DNA from: an uncultured Chloroflexia bacterium
Lineage (GTDB): Bacteria > Chloroflexota > Anaerolineae > Promineifilales > UBA4811
Assembly: GCA_963695825.1 (NCBI GenBank)
Contig: CAVOHX010000031.1
Coordinates: 19,538 to 83,537 of the forward strand
Reading direction: 5' to 3'
Length of the DNA: 64,000 nt
Part shown: piece after piece, positions 52,583 through 63,923 of the stretch
Numbering within the stretch: the stretch's first letter is position 1
How the letters are laid out: every line of letters starts with the position of its first letter
Position numbers and translations under genes: made by a program
The notes under the pieces: generated by a model
Told to the model about the DNA's origin: nothing
Database searches by the model: none
Seen by the model: the letters and a program-made list of their open reading frames with translations, nothing else

Positions 52583-53223
52583 ATGGCCGACGTTTTTCAA
52601 AAGATCGCTAGCAAGCTGTACGACGGAGAGGACCAAGAGGTCGCCGAGTTGGTGCGAGAGGCGCTGGACCAAGGAGTCGCACCCCGAGGAGATCCTAGCC
52701 AATGGCCTGATCGCTGGCATGGACGAGGTGGGACGCGATTTCAAGGCCGGTGACCTCTTTGTGCCCGAGGTGCTGATCGCCGCGCGGGCCATGCACGCCG
52801 GGATGAACATCCTGCGGCCGCTGCTGGCCGAGAGCGAGCGTGCCGAGCGCCGGCAAGTACGTGATCGGCACCGTCAAGGGTGACCTGCACGACATTGGCA
52901 AGAACCTGGTCAGGATGATGCTGGAGGGCGCCGGTTTCGAGACGATCGACCTGGGCACCGACGTGGAGCCGCAGGCGTTTGTCGAGGCCGTGCGCGAGCA
53001 CCAGCCCGACAGCTGATCGGGATGAGCGCGCTGCTGACCACGACGATGGTCAGTATGGGCACACCATCGAGGCGCTTGGAAGAAGCCGGGCTGCGTCGAC
53101 TCGGTCAAGATCATGATCGGCGGGGCACCGGTGACGGCGGCCTTTGCCGAGGAGATCGGCGCCGATGCCTATGCGCCCGATGCGGCCACGGCCGTGGATG
53201 TGGCCCGCGAGCTGGCGGGCTGA
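52583..53223 (+). pseudogene. Methyltransferase cognate corrinoid protein (B12-binding cap + Rossmann domain), about 3 frameshifts as assembled
   Basis: Cap region ILANGLIAGMDEVGRDFKAGDLFVPEVLIAARAM and the DxHxxG motif in GTVKGDLHDIGKNLV, then MSALLTTTM and IMIGGAPVT. An alternative ATG is at 52577. The pieces span all three frames. Confidence 0.8.
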
Positions 53224-53282
53224 GCGACGCGAGGTGCGTGACCCTGGCTGATCACGCGCCTCCTCACCGCTGACAATAGAAG

Positions 53283-54768
53283 ATGATGACCAAACGACGA
53301 TCGCCGGTCAAGGGGTTGCCCGGTGGACAGTACAGGCCGTTGACCGACGAGCAGGTGCAGCGGATCCACCAGGCTGCGTTGGCGGTTCTCGAACGGACTG
53401 GCGTTCAGGTCGATGAGCCTGAGGCGCTGGCGCTGTTCCGTGACGGGGGGGCGCAGGTGAGCGGCAATCGGGTGCGCGTGCCGCGTTCTCTGGTCGAGGA
53501 CGCCGTCGAGCTGGGCGCCGTAGCGGGTGGTCCTGGCGGGCCGCGACCCGCAGTGGGACCTGGAGCTGACCGGGGCCAAGGTCCACATGGGGACGGGAGG
53601 GGCGGCGCTGACCGTGTTCGACCTGGAGACCGGCGAGCCGCGCCACGCCGTGCTGCAGGATGTGGTAGACCTCGCGCGGCTGGTGGACGCCCTGGATAAT
53701 ATCCATTTCTACCTGATCCCGGTCTTTCCCACCGACCTCGGCCGGGACGACGTCGACGTGCAACAGTACTATGCCGGCCTGGCGAACACCGGCAAGCACG
53801 TGCAGTCCGGCGTCTATAGCGTCGACGGGATTCGGGACACGGTGGCGATGGCCGAGCGCATCCAGGGGGGGCGACTGCCGCCTGCGGGAACGGCCGGTCG
53901 TCTCGTTCATCACCAGTTGGATGGTCAGCCCGCTCCTCTTTGCGACCGAGGTCACCACGCTGTTGATCGAGAGCTGCCGCCAGGGCATGCCGGTGGTGCT
54001 GTCGGCCGCGCCCATGGCTGGCTCGACCGCGCCGATGACGCTGGCGGGGGAGTTGGCCCAACTGACGGCCGAGCAGCTTGTCCGGCGTCGTGCTGACCCA
54101 GTTGGTGCAGTCGCGGCACCCCAGTGGTGATCGGTCCGATTCCGGGGACGGCCGACATGAAGCGGGCCGCTACCTGGGAGGATCGGCCGAGTTTGGCATG
54201 GCCAACGCCGCCATGGCGCAGATCGGCCAGTTCTACCGCCTGCCGCTGTACAATTCGGCCGGCATGACCGACGCCAAGATCCCCGACATCCAGGCGGGGT
54301 TTGAGAAGGGGATCGGCGCCGTACTGGCGGCGTTGGCGGGCAGCAACTATATCCACCACGCGGCCGGTATGCTGGAGAATATGAGTTCGGTGGCTCGCCG
54401 AGCAATATGTGATCGACAATGAGATCCTGGGGATGACGATGCGCGTGCTGCGCGGTATCGAGGTGGACGACGACAGCCTGGCGCTGGAGGTCATTGACCA
54501 GGTGGGACCCGGCGGCCATTTCCTGATGGCCGATCACACCGTGAGGCATATGCGCTCCGAGTTTTACTACCCATCCCCGGTGGTGGACCGGCAGGGCTGG
54601 GAGCGCTGGCAACAGGCGGGCGGCCTGGACGCCCGCGAGCGGGCGCGGCAGATCGCGCGCCAGATCATGGCCGCCATCACCCGGAACCGTGCCAGAGCCA
54701 CTGGACCCGGGTGCGTTTTTCGCACAGGTGGATTGGCGCTGAGGGCCGGGGCGACGATCAAGATCTAG
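53283..54768 (+). pseudogene. MttB-superfamily (trimethylamine methyltransferase family) protein 1, no pyrrolysine codon, about 5 or more frameshifts as assembled
   Basis: LTDEQVQRIHQAALAVLERTGV, FITSWMVSPL, PMAGSTAPMTLAG, YNSAGMTDAK and VIDNEILGM are recovered from the pieces 53283-53699, 53527-54096, 53771-54130, 54078-54422 and 54409-54768. None of the breaks is an in-frame TAG. Confidence 0.8.
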
Positions 54769-54783
54769 AGAGGAGGTGAACCG

Positions 54784-56256
54784 ATGACAAAACAGATTCC
54801 CATCTCAACTAGCGCCCGTGCTGCAGATGCTATCGGAAGAGCAGGTCCAGGCGATCCACATGCCAGCCTGGACATCCTGGCGCAGACCGGCCTGGTGATG
54901 AAGAATCAGGTGGGCCGGGAGTTTTGCTGGACGCCGGTGCGTGGGAGTCGGAGCGGCCTCCGGCTGCGGTCGGGCGATCCGTCGTATCAAGATCCCCGAA
55001 TTCATGGTCATGGACGCGATCGCCTCCGCTCCTACGCGCATCCCAATGTTCAACCGGCTGGGCGAGCCGATGATGCCGCTGGAATCGGGGCAAGGTCTTT
55101 TTCGGGCCCGGCTCGGATTGTATCTTTACCATGGATGTCGAGACCGGAGAACGGCGTATGGCGACGGCGCTGGACATCCAGCGCATTGCGCATCTGTGCG
55201 ACGGCCTGGGGCAAATCGACTTTATCATGTCGATGGGCAATCCATCGGACGTGCTGGCGCTCGATATCTATGTGCACGAATTCGTCAGCATGATCCGGGG
55301 GTCGGTCAAGCCCAACATCTATACGGCCAATAACCGGGCGGACATGGAGGCGATCTACCAGATTGCCTCTGCGGTGGCAGGCGGGGAAACCAAGCTGCGC
55401 GAAAAGCCCTTTATGATGCTGTATGCCGAGAGCATTTCGCCGCTTCTCTACCCTGGCGAATCGGTGGACAAGCTGCTCTTTTGCGCCGAGATGGGCATCC
55501 CAGTCACCTATCCCCCTTCGCCAAACACGGGAGGCGGCGGGCCAATCACGCTGGCGGGTGCGCTGGCGCTGGGCAACGCCGAGTGCCTGGTTGGACTGGT
55601 GCTCGCCCAGTTGGTTCGTCCGGGCACGCCGTTTCTCTATGGTATGAACACGGCCGCTCTGGACATGAAGTCGGCCATCGTGAGCTATGGCGCGCCCGAG
55701 TGGCCCACCGGCATGGCGGCCTGGTGCGACCTGGCGCGGTTCTACGATCTGCCCACCTGGGGCGCGGCCGGCGCGACTGACAGCAAGGTCGTGGATGCCC
55801 AGGCCGGGATCGAAGCCTCGATCTCGATCATGACCGCCTTTTTGACGCGCTGCAACCTGGTGCACGACGTGGGCTATATCGAGTATGGCACCACCTCGTC
55901 CATGGAAATGCTGGTGGTGGCAGATGAGATCATCCGCGACGTCCGGTTCGTCATGGAGGGGGTTGAGGTGAGCGAGCGGACGCTGGCCCGGGATGCGATT
56001 CACAGGGCCAAACCGGGCGGGGGCTTTTTGGCCGACGACCACACGCTGGACAATTGGAAGTGGGCGCAATGGCGGCCGGAGCTCATCGAGCCGCGACCGC
56101 TATGACCGTTGGGTCAAGCGCGGAAGCCAGGACATGACTGCGCGAGCGAATGCCCGCGCTCGCGAGATCCTATCCGAGCACCAGGTGCCCCCGCTCTCCG
56201 GGGATGCCGAGCGGGTCATCGCCGAGGTATTGAAACAGCGCGCCGCCAACGGCTAG
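54784..56256 (+). pseudogene. MttB-superfamily protein 2, no pyrrolysine codon, several frameshifts near the 5' and 3' ends as assembled
   Basis: The central 975 nt (ORF 55131-56105) are intact: MLYAESISPL, PNTGGGGPITLAG, GATDSKVVDAQAG, VVADEII. The N-terminus from the ATG at 54784 (AGAGGAGG upstream) and the C-terminal tail (ORF 55993-56256) are in other frames. Confidence 0.8.
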
Positions 56257-56270
56257 GCGACGCAACGGCC

Positions 56271-56305
56271 GACGGCGCCAGGCATTGCCTGGCGCCGTCT
56301 TTTTT
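56271..56305 (+). terminator. Strong rho-independent terminator after the MttB genes
   Basis: Perfect 12-bp GC-rich stem gacggcgccagg (56271-56282) / cctggcgccgtc (56288-56299), 5-nt loop, TTTTTT at 56300-56305. Confidence 0.8.
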
Positions 56306-56412
56306 ATGGCGATGCGTCACCCAGGGGCGAGGTTGAACTTGCCGATACCTGTTCAATGGTGTACTGTGGTGACTGATCTGATTGACAAGAATCGAGGGCA
56401 AAGGAGCAGTTG

Positions 56413-57678
56413 ATGGCCAAATTGGAATACTCGAAGGAACCGGTGCATTCCGAGAACCGGCGGGCCGATGCCCGATTCCTTGATATGCAGCCGGCAACCC
56501 AATGCCTGCACGCTGGAGAACGGTGGGAAAAACAGCTCTTTTGGACCTCGAGCACACCGATCTACAACTCGACCACCTATTTCTATGACAGCGCCAGCGA
56601 TCTGGACGACCGGGTTTACTATCGCAAGCCAGGGTATGTCTACTCGCGTAGCGGGACGCCGACCAACACGGCGCTGGAACGGGCGCTGGCGACGTTGGAG
56701 AACGCCGAGGTGGCGCAGAGTTGCGCCTCGGGGATGGCAGCCAGCCATCTGGCGCTGCTAGCCGCCGGCGCGGGTCGGGAAGAGCTCATTCTCTGCTCGA
56801 GCGATGTCTATGGCAGCGTCTATACGATGGTGGAGAACATCTTCCCGCATCTGGGTGCTCGTAGCATCCTGATGGACTTTACCGATCTGGAGCGCGTGGA
56901 AGAGGCGATCCGAAAGGAGCGTCCCAAGGTCGTCTATTTCGAGGTGGTCACCAACCCGATGACCAAGGTGATCGATGCCCCGGCGGTCACCGAAATCGCC
57001 CACAGGTACGGCGCGACCGTGGTTGTGGACAATACGTTTACCACCCCCTATCTGATGCGGCCGTTCGAATACGGGGCGGACTATGTGACTCATAGCGTCA
57101 CCAAGTTCCTCGCCGGGCACGGCGACGTGCTGGCGGGGGCGGTTCTCTGTCGGCGCGAGGATTTTCACCGCCTGCACGACCTGTTTATCCAGGTCGGGTG
57201 TACGCTCGGGCCCAACGAGGCGTGGCTGGCGCTGAGGGGGATCAAGACCTTTACGTTGCGGATGGAGCGCCATTGCGCCAACGCCATGGAGGTGGCCCGC
57301 TTTCTAGAATCCCACTCTCTTGTCAAGCAGGTGCGCTATCCGGGCCTGGAGAGTCATCCACAGCACGGGACCGCCGGGCGTGTGTTCAGCGAGCGTCCTG
57401 GAGAGTACGGAGCGATGCTGAGCTTTGAGATCGCGGATTGCGACAAAGACAAGGCCTTTCGTTTTCTGGATGCGCTCAACGTGATCCTGCCCGCCACGAC
57501 CCTGGGCGACATCTACTCTCTGATCGTCAACCCGGCGCGCACGACCCATCACTGGCTCACCGAGGAGCAGTTGGCCGAGATTGGCGTTTATGCAGGCACC
57601 TTTCGCATGTCGGTCGGTGTGGAGCACGTCGATGACCTCAAGACCGACCTGGACCATGCCCTCCGTGCCAGTGAGTAG
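56413..57678 (+). CDS. Cys/Met-metabolism PLP-dependent enzyme (cystathionine gamma-synthase / methionine gamma-lyase / O-acylhomoserine sulfhydrylase family)
   Basis: Intact frame. The PLP lysine is in HSVTKFLAGHGD, with the family motif YSRSGTPT. AAGGAG lies 6 nt upstream of the ATG at 56413. Confidence 0.85.
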   Translation: MAKLEYSKEPVHSENRRADARFLDMQPATQCLHAGERWEKQLFWTSSTPIYNSTTYFYDSASDLDDRVYYRKPGYVYSRSGTPTNTALERALATLENAEVAQSCASGMAASHLALLAAGAGREELILCSSDVYGSVYTMVENIFPHLGARSILMDFTDLERVEEAIRKERPKVVYFEVVTNPMTKVIDAPAVTEIAHRYGATVVVDNTFTTPYLMRPFEYGADYVTHSVTKFLAGHGDVLAGAVLCRREDFHRLHDLFIQVGCTLGPNEAWLALRGIKTFTLRMERHCANAMEVARFLESHSLVKQVRYPGLESHPQHGTAGRVFSERPGEYGAMLSFEIADCDKDKAFRFLDALNVILPATTLGDIYSLIVNPARTTHHWLTEEQLAEIGVYAGTFRMSVGVEHVDDLKTDLDHALRASE

Positions 57679-57797
57679 GTAACCGCGACGACATCTGGTT
57701 CAAACATTATTGCTGCGCCAGAGACCAAATCATCAACCACAGGCCGGGCCAGGAGCAGACAGCGCAGACCCGCCGGGCTTGAGACAAAGGAGACACG

Positions 57798-58577
57798 ATG
57801 TATCAGAACCGAGACATGGGGATCAACCAGATCAAGGCCCGGAAGAATCACGTGTGTTATGGCATGGGGTTGGGCATTATCCTATTGGACGACGTCTATC
57901 CCGGATTTCCGGGTGACGTGCGCAACGCCAGCGCTTTTCCGTTCCCGATCCAATACGAGATTGCTGAGGGGGTGGACATCTGGGCCCTGGTGCAAGAAGA
58001 GGACAAGTCGCCGTGCCTGGCCCCGATCCAGCGGGCGGCGAAAAAGCTGGAGCGGATGGGTTGTCGCGGCATCGCGGCCGAGTGCGGCTATTTCGCCTAC
58101 TTTCAGCAGGACATCGCTGGCTATGTGGACGTACCTGTCTTTATGTCGAGTTTACTCCAGGTGCCCTTTGCCCAGCAGTTGATCGGGCCGAACAAGGTGG
58201 TGGGCATCTTGGCGGCCCGCGAGGACCGTCTCACTCAGGCTCACCTGGAGGCGGTAGGCGTCCGGCCGGGCAGCAACTATGTGATCACCGGCGCCGAGCA
58301 GGAGGTCGAGGAGTTTCAGCATCTCTGGTACGCTCCCAAGCGCACCGACCCACCGGGCGCCTTTTACGACAAGACGGAACGAGAGTTTGTCGGTCTCACC
58401 GTCGAGTTTTTCAACGCCCATCCCAACATGGGCGCCATGATGCTCGAGTGCACCGGCATGCAGCCGTTTGCGCGGGCGGTGCAGCGCGAGATCGACATCC
58501 CAGTCTTTAGCTGGGGCACCCTGCTCGATTTCGCCTACTCGGTCGTGGTGCACCGGGATTATTACGGGCACGTCTAG
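57798..58577 (+). CDS. Asp/Glu/hydantoin-racemase-fold family protein, 259 aa
   Basis: Intact frame. N-terminus [25 protein letters not shown] and two candidate catalytic Cys residues in EC motifs (AAEC96GYF, MLEC218TGM). AAGGAG lies upstream. The family assignment is from memory of similar unannotated racemase-family proteins. Confidence 0.6.
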   Translation: MYQNRDMGINQIKARKNHVCYGMGLGIILLDDVYPGFPGDVRNASAFPFPIQYEIAEGVDIWALVQEEDKSPCLAPIQRAAKKLERMGCRGIAAECGYFAYFQQDIAGYVDVPVFMSSLLQVPFAQQLIGPNKVVGILAAREDRLTQAHLEAVGVRPGSNYVITGAEQEVEEFQHLWYAPKRTDPPGAFYDKTEREFVGLTVEFFNAHPNMGAMMLECTGMQPFARAVQREIDIPVFSWGTLLDFAYSVVVHRDYYGHV

Positions 58578-58600
58578 AGCGCGTTCCAAGGAGGTGTGAC

Positions 58601-60250
<1,650 letters not shown>

Positions 60251-60284
60251 GCTGGACCCTGAAACGCAGTAACGGAGACGGTCG

Positions 60285-61850
60285 ATGAGGGAGATACTAC
60301 TCGACGGCGAACACCTGACCCTGGAGCAGGTTGTGCTGGCGGCTCAGGACGTGAACGTCCGGGTGGGGTTGGCGCCTGAGGCGCGGCGAAAGGTAGACCG
60401 CGCGGCGCGAGCGGTGGATGATTTCATCGCGCGAGGGCAGACTGTCTATGGGATAACCACCGGCTTTGGGGCGTTCAAGGACCGGATCATCCCGCCAGAG
60501 CAGGTGGCGCAACTACAACGCAACATCCTCATGAGCCACGCAGTCGGCGTGGGGGAGCCGCTAGACGAGGCGGCGACCCGCGCCATGTTGCTGATACGCG
60601 CCAACGCGCTTGCCAAAGGGCATAGCGGCATTCGCATTAGCACCCTCGAGCTCTTGATCGAGATGCTGAATCGCGGCGTTCATCCGGTGGTGCCCAGTCA
60701 AGGGTCGTTGGGCGCCAGTGGTGATCTGGCGCCGCTGGCCCACATGTCGCTGCCCTTGATCGGCTTGGGAGAGGTTATCTATCAGGGGGAGTGTCTGACT
60801 GCCGCAGAAGCATTCCGGCGGGCCGGACTGAGCACGGTGACGTTGGCCGCCAAGGAGGGGCTGGCTCTGACCAACGGGACGGCCATGATGACGGCCGTCG
60901 GGGTGCTCAACGCCCATCAAGCCGAGAACCTGGCATGTGTGGCGGATGTGGCTGGCGCCATGAGCCTCGAGGCGCTGCACGGCACCACGCTCGCTTTTGA
61001 CCCTCGCATCCATGCAGTTCGGCCCCACCCGGGTCAGGTCCGGTCGGCGGCTGTCATGCTCCAGTTGCTCGACGGGAGCGCCTTGACCCGCGCCGCGGAC
61101 CCTCTCCACGTGCAGGATGCCTACACCCTGCGCTGCATCCCCCAGGTTCACGGCACAGCGCGGGATGCAGTCGCCTATGCGCGCTGGGTGTTGGAGGTAG
61201 AACTCAATTCGGCGACCGACAATCCGCTGATCTTTTTCGACGACGAGACCGGCGAGGCGACGGTCATTTCGGGCGGAAACTTTCACGGCGAGCCGCTGGC
61301 GACGGCAATGGATTATCTGGGGCTGGGGCTCACCGAGCTGGGCAACATCTCGGAACGACGGTTGACCCGTCTAACTGACGAGGCGAGCAATCAGGAGACG
61401 TTACCCGCCTTTCTCATCAAGCATGGGGGCCTCAACTCGGGCTTTATGTTGACCCAGTACACGGCCGCGGCGCTGGCTTCCGAGAACAAGGTGTTGGCGC
61501 ACCCGGCCAGTGCGGACACCATCCCCTCCTCGGCCAACATCGAGGATCACGTCAGCATGGGCCCGGCGGCCGCCATGCAGACCCGGCAAATCGCCGCCAA
61601 CGTGGAACGGATCCTGGCGCTGGAGCTTTTCGCGGCCGCCCAGGCGATCGATTTTCGCCGCGAGGCTCTGGGCGCTGACGCGTCATTGGGGGCCGGCACC
61701 GGACCTGCCTACAGGCTAATCCGGGAGAGTGTTCCTTTCCTGGAGCAGGACGACGTCATGTACCCCTATATCGAGGCAGTGCGGCAGCTGGTGGCCAGTG
61801 GTGAGATGGTGGCGGCCGTCAACCAGGCGCTTGCGAAAGGTTGTTGGTAG
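60285..61850 (+). CDS. hutH: Histidine ammonia-lyase (MIO-type aromatic amino acid lyase)
   Basis: Intact 521 aa. The MIO-forming triad is present in GSLGASGDLAPLAHM, with NGTAMM and the HAL-like length. Substrate specificity is inferred from the hutU neighbourhood. Confidence 0.85.
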   Translation: MREILLDGEHLTLEQVVLAAQDVNVRVGLAPEARRKVDRAARAVDDFIARGQTVYGITTGFGAFKDRIIPPEQVAQLQRNILMSHAVGVGEPLDEAATRAMLLIRANALAKGHSGIRISTLELLIEMLNRGVHPVVPSQGSLGASGDLAPLAHMSLPLIGLGEVIYQGECLTAAEAFRRAGLSTVTLAAKEGLALTNGTAMMTAVGVLNAHQAENLACVADVAGAMSLEALHGTTLAFDPRIHAVRPHPGQVRSAAVMLQLLDGSALTRAADPLHVQDAYTLRCIPQVHGTARDAVAYARWVLEVELNSATDNPLIFFDDETGEATVISGGNFHGEPLATAMDYLGLGLTELGNISERRLTRLTDEASNQETLPAFLIKHGGLNSGFMLTQYTAAALASENKVLAHPASADTIPSSANIEDHVSMGPAAAMQTRQIAANVERILALELFAAAQAIDFRREALGADASLGAGTGPAYRLIRESVPFLEQDDVMYPYIEAVRQLVASGEMVAAVNQALAKGCW

Positions 61851-62396
61851 ATGGAGAGCTGGAAGACGGTCGCCCGCAAGACGATACTGGACCACAGCAA
61901 GTATCTGAGGGTGGAGGAACACGCGGTGCAGTTGCCTGACGGCCGGGTCATCGAGAATTGGCCATGGGTGATCACGCCCGATTACGTCAACGTGGTGGCT
62001 CTGACAGAGGCGAGAGAGTTCATCCTCTTTCGCCAGGTCAAGTACGGGGTGGCGGGAGTCTCTTTGGCGCCAGTGGGTGGGTACCTGGAGCCAGGCGAGG
62101 ATCCGTTGGCGGCCGCCAAAAGGGAGACGCTTGAGGAGACAGGGTATGCGGCCGCCGAGTGGCAGAGTTTGGGGACCTATCGCGTGGGTGCCAACCGGGG
62201 TTTTGGAACTGCGCACTTTTTCCTCGCTCGGGGCGCCCGCCGAGTCGCCGAGCCAGACGCCGACGACCTGGAGGAGCAAGAGCTGTTGCTGCTCAGCCAG
62301 TTCGAGGTGGAACAGGCCTTGGCGGATGGAGCGTTCAAGGTGTTGGCCTGGGCGAGCGTCTTTGCGCTGGCGCTCCTGTTCGTGAAGCGAGGTTGA
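61851..62396 (+). CDS. Nudix hydrolase (ADP-ribose pyrophosphatase-like)
   Basis: Nudix box GGYLEPGEDPLAAAKRETLEETGY. The ATG directly abuts the hutH stop (TAGATG). Confidence 0.8.
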   Translation: MESWKTVARKTILDHSKYLRVEEHAVQLPDGRVIENWPWVITPDYVNVVALTEAREFILFRQVKYGVAGVSLAPVGGYLEPGEDPLAAAKRETLEETGYAAAEWQSLGTYRVGANRGFGTAHFFLARGARRVAEPDADDLEEQELLLLSQFEVEQALADGAFKVLAWASVFALALLFVKRG

Positions 62397-62422
62397 GCCG
62401 GCGGCCGGCAGACGGAGGAATA

Positions 62423-63844
62423 ATGCGCATCGTTGACCTGATCGTGGTCCCGGCGGTGGGGGGGTATTTTGTTGAAGATCTGACCGCGTTACAGGCCAGA
62501 TCGATTCCCATTCCCGAGCGCTATCAGGCCATCCCAGAGACGCCCGGTTTCCACGCCGTGCGTCAGGTGGCGCAGGGGGTTTCGGTGGGGCTGGTGCTTG
62601 AGGGATCATCAGGGGCCAGGGAGGTGGTCTGGGGGGACTGCGTCGCGGTGGCCTATAGCGGCAAGGCGGGGCGCTCGCCAGTTTTCCTGTCCAGCGACGG
62701 CTTAGCGACGATCCGGTCGGCCGTAGCGCCGCAACTGGTGGGCCAACAGGTCGCCGGTTTCCGCGAGATGGCGGCCGAGGTGGATGCGCTGACCGAGCAG
62801 GTCACTGTGACCCGGCCGTTGCCCGAGCCAGAGGCGGACGATGACGAGTTGTCGGTCACAGGGAGCATGTCGCGGCGCGACCTGCTGACGGCGCCGGCCC
62901 GCTTTTTCCGCGCCGTCCAGCGTGACCTGGAGGCCGCAGACGAACCCACGACCGAGCAGGTGGTCGTAGAGCGGCCGCTCCACACGGCGGTCCGATACGG
63001 CGTCAGCCAGGCACTACTGGCGGCGAGGGCCTTGGTCGAGAAGGTGACCATGGCCGAGGTGATAGTTCAAGAGTGGGGGCTCCCTCTCCCCACGGAGCCA
63101 GTGCCCATTCACGCCCAGTCGGGCGGCGAGCGGTACCACAACGCCGACAAGATGATCGCCCGCCGGGTTGCTTCGTTGCCCCACGCGCTGGTGGACGACA
63201 TCCCGGACCAGTTGGGCGTCGATGGAACCAAGCTGACCGCCTATGTGCGCTGGCTAGCAAAGCGGATCAGAGACCTGGGAGGAAGCGACTATGCGCCGAC
63301 CATCCACCTGGATGTGCACGGCGCGCTGGGCAAGCTCTTTGAAAACCAACTGGGCAAAATCCTGGGGCAGCTCTATGCGCTCGATCAGGCGGCAAATCCG
63401 TTCAAGTTGCGCATCGAGTGTCCCGTCATCATGGAGAGCCGAACGGCGCAGATCGAGACCATGTTCAAGCTGCGCGACTATGCCCGCTTTCGCAAGCTCA
63501 AGCTCCAGTTGGTGGCTGATGAATGGGCCAACACGTTGGAGGATATCCGCGCGTTTGTCGAGGCGGGGGCGGCCGACATGATCCAGGTCAAGATGCCTGA
63601 TCTGGGAAGCATTCATAACACAGTCGAGGCAGTTCTCCTCTGCCAGGACAATGGGGTCGGCGCCTTTTTGGGCGGCAGTTGCTGCGAGACCGATCTCTCG
63701 GCCCGCGTGTCGGTCCACGTGGCGCTGGCAACCCGGCCGGCGATATTGATGGCCAAGCCAGGGATGGGGGTGGATGAGGGGACAAGCATTGTGCAGAACG
63801 AGATGACGCGGACCCTGGCGTGGATTCAGGCGCGCGGTGGGTAG
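62423..63844 (+). CDS. Methylaspartate ammonia-lyase (enolase-superfamily 3-methylaspartase) with a ~60-aa insertion
   Basis: Intact 473 aa. Motifs HTAVRYGVSQALL, LPHAL, ADEWANTLEDI, IQVKMPDLGS and AKPGMGVDEG are colinear with clostridial MAL as I remember it. GGAGG lies upstream of the ATG at 62423. Confidence 0.85.
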   Translation: MRIVDLIVVPAVGGYFVEDLTALQARSIPIPERYQAIPETPGFHAVRQVAQGVSVGLVLEGSSGAREVVWGDCVAVAYSGKAGRSPVFLSSDGLATIRSAVAPQLVGQQVAGFREMAAEVDALTEQVTVTRPLPEPEADDDELSVTGSMSRRDLLTAPARFFRAVQRDLEAADEPTTEQVVVERPLHTAVRYGVSQALLAARALVEKVTMAEVIVQEWGLPLPTEPVPIHAQSGGERYHNADKMIARRVASLPHALVDDIPDQLGVDGTKLTAYVRWLAKRIRDLGGSDYAPTIHLDVHGALGKLFENQLGKILGQLYALDQAANPFKLRIECPVIMESRTAQIETMFKLRDYARFRKLKLQLVADEWANTLEDIRAFVEAGAADMIQVKMPDLGSIHNTVEAVLLCQDNGVGAFLGGSCCETDLSARVSVHVALATRPAILMAKPGMGVDEGTSIVQNEMTRTLAWIQARGG

Positions 63845-63923
63845 GGTAGCTCAAACGGCCTGGACCAAGACCCGGGTCCTGACGCGCTCGAGTTGCGCGC
63901 CGCGTCAAAGGGGGATATGATCC

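Noticed and set aside
53283-56256. In-frame amber (pyrrolysine) codons in the MttB-family genes.
   Set aside because: Every interruption I traced is a change of reading frame, not an in-frame TAG. The region equivalent to the Pyl position reads through with sense codons.
14552-56256. Interpreting the many frameshifts as genuine pseudogenisation or genome decay.
   Set aside because: The affected genes include indispensable single-copy functions (infB, prfA, nusA, rbfA). Amino-acid conservation is undiminished on both sides of each break. Several indels sit in homopolymers and the indels cluster in blocks. Consensus error is the more economical explanation, although only the reads can prove it.
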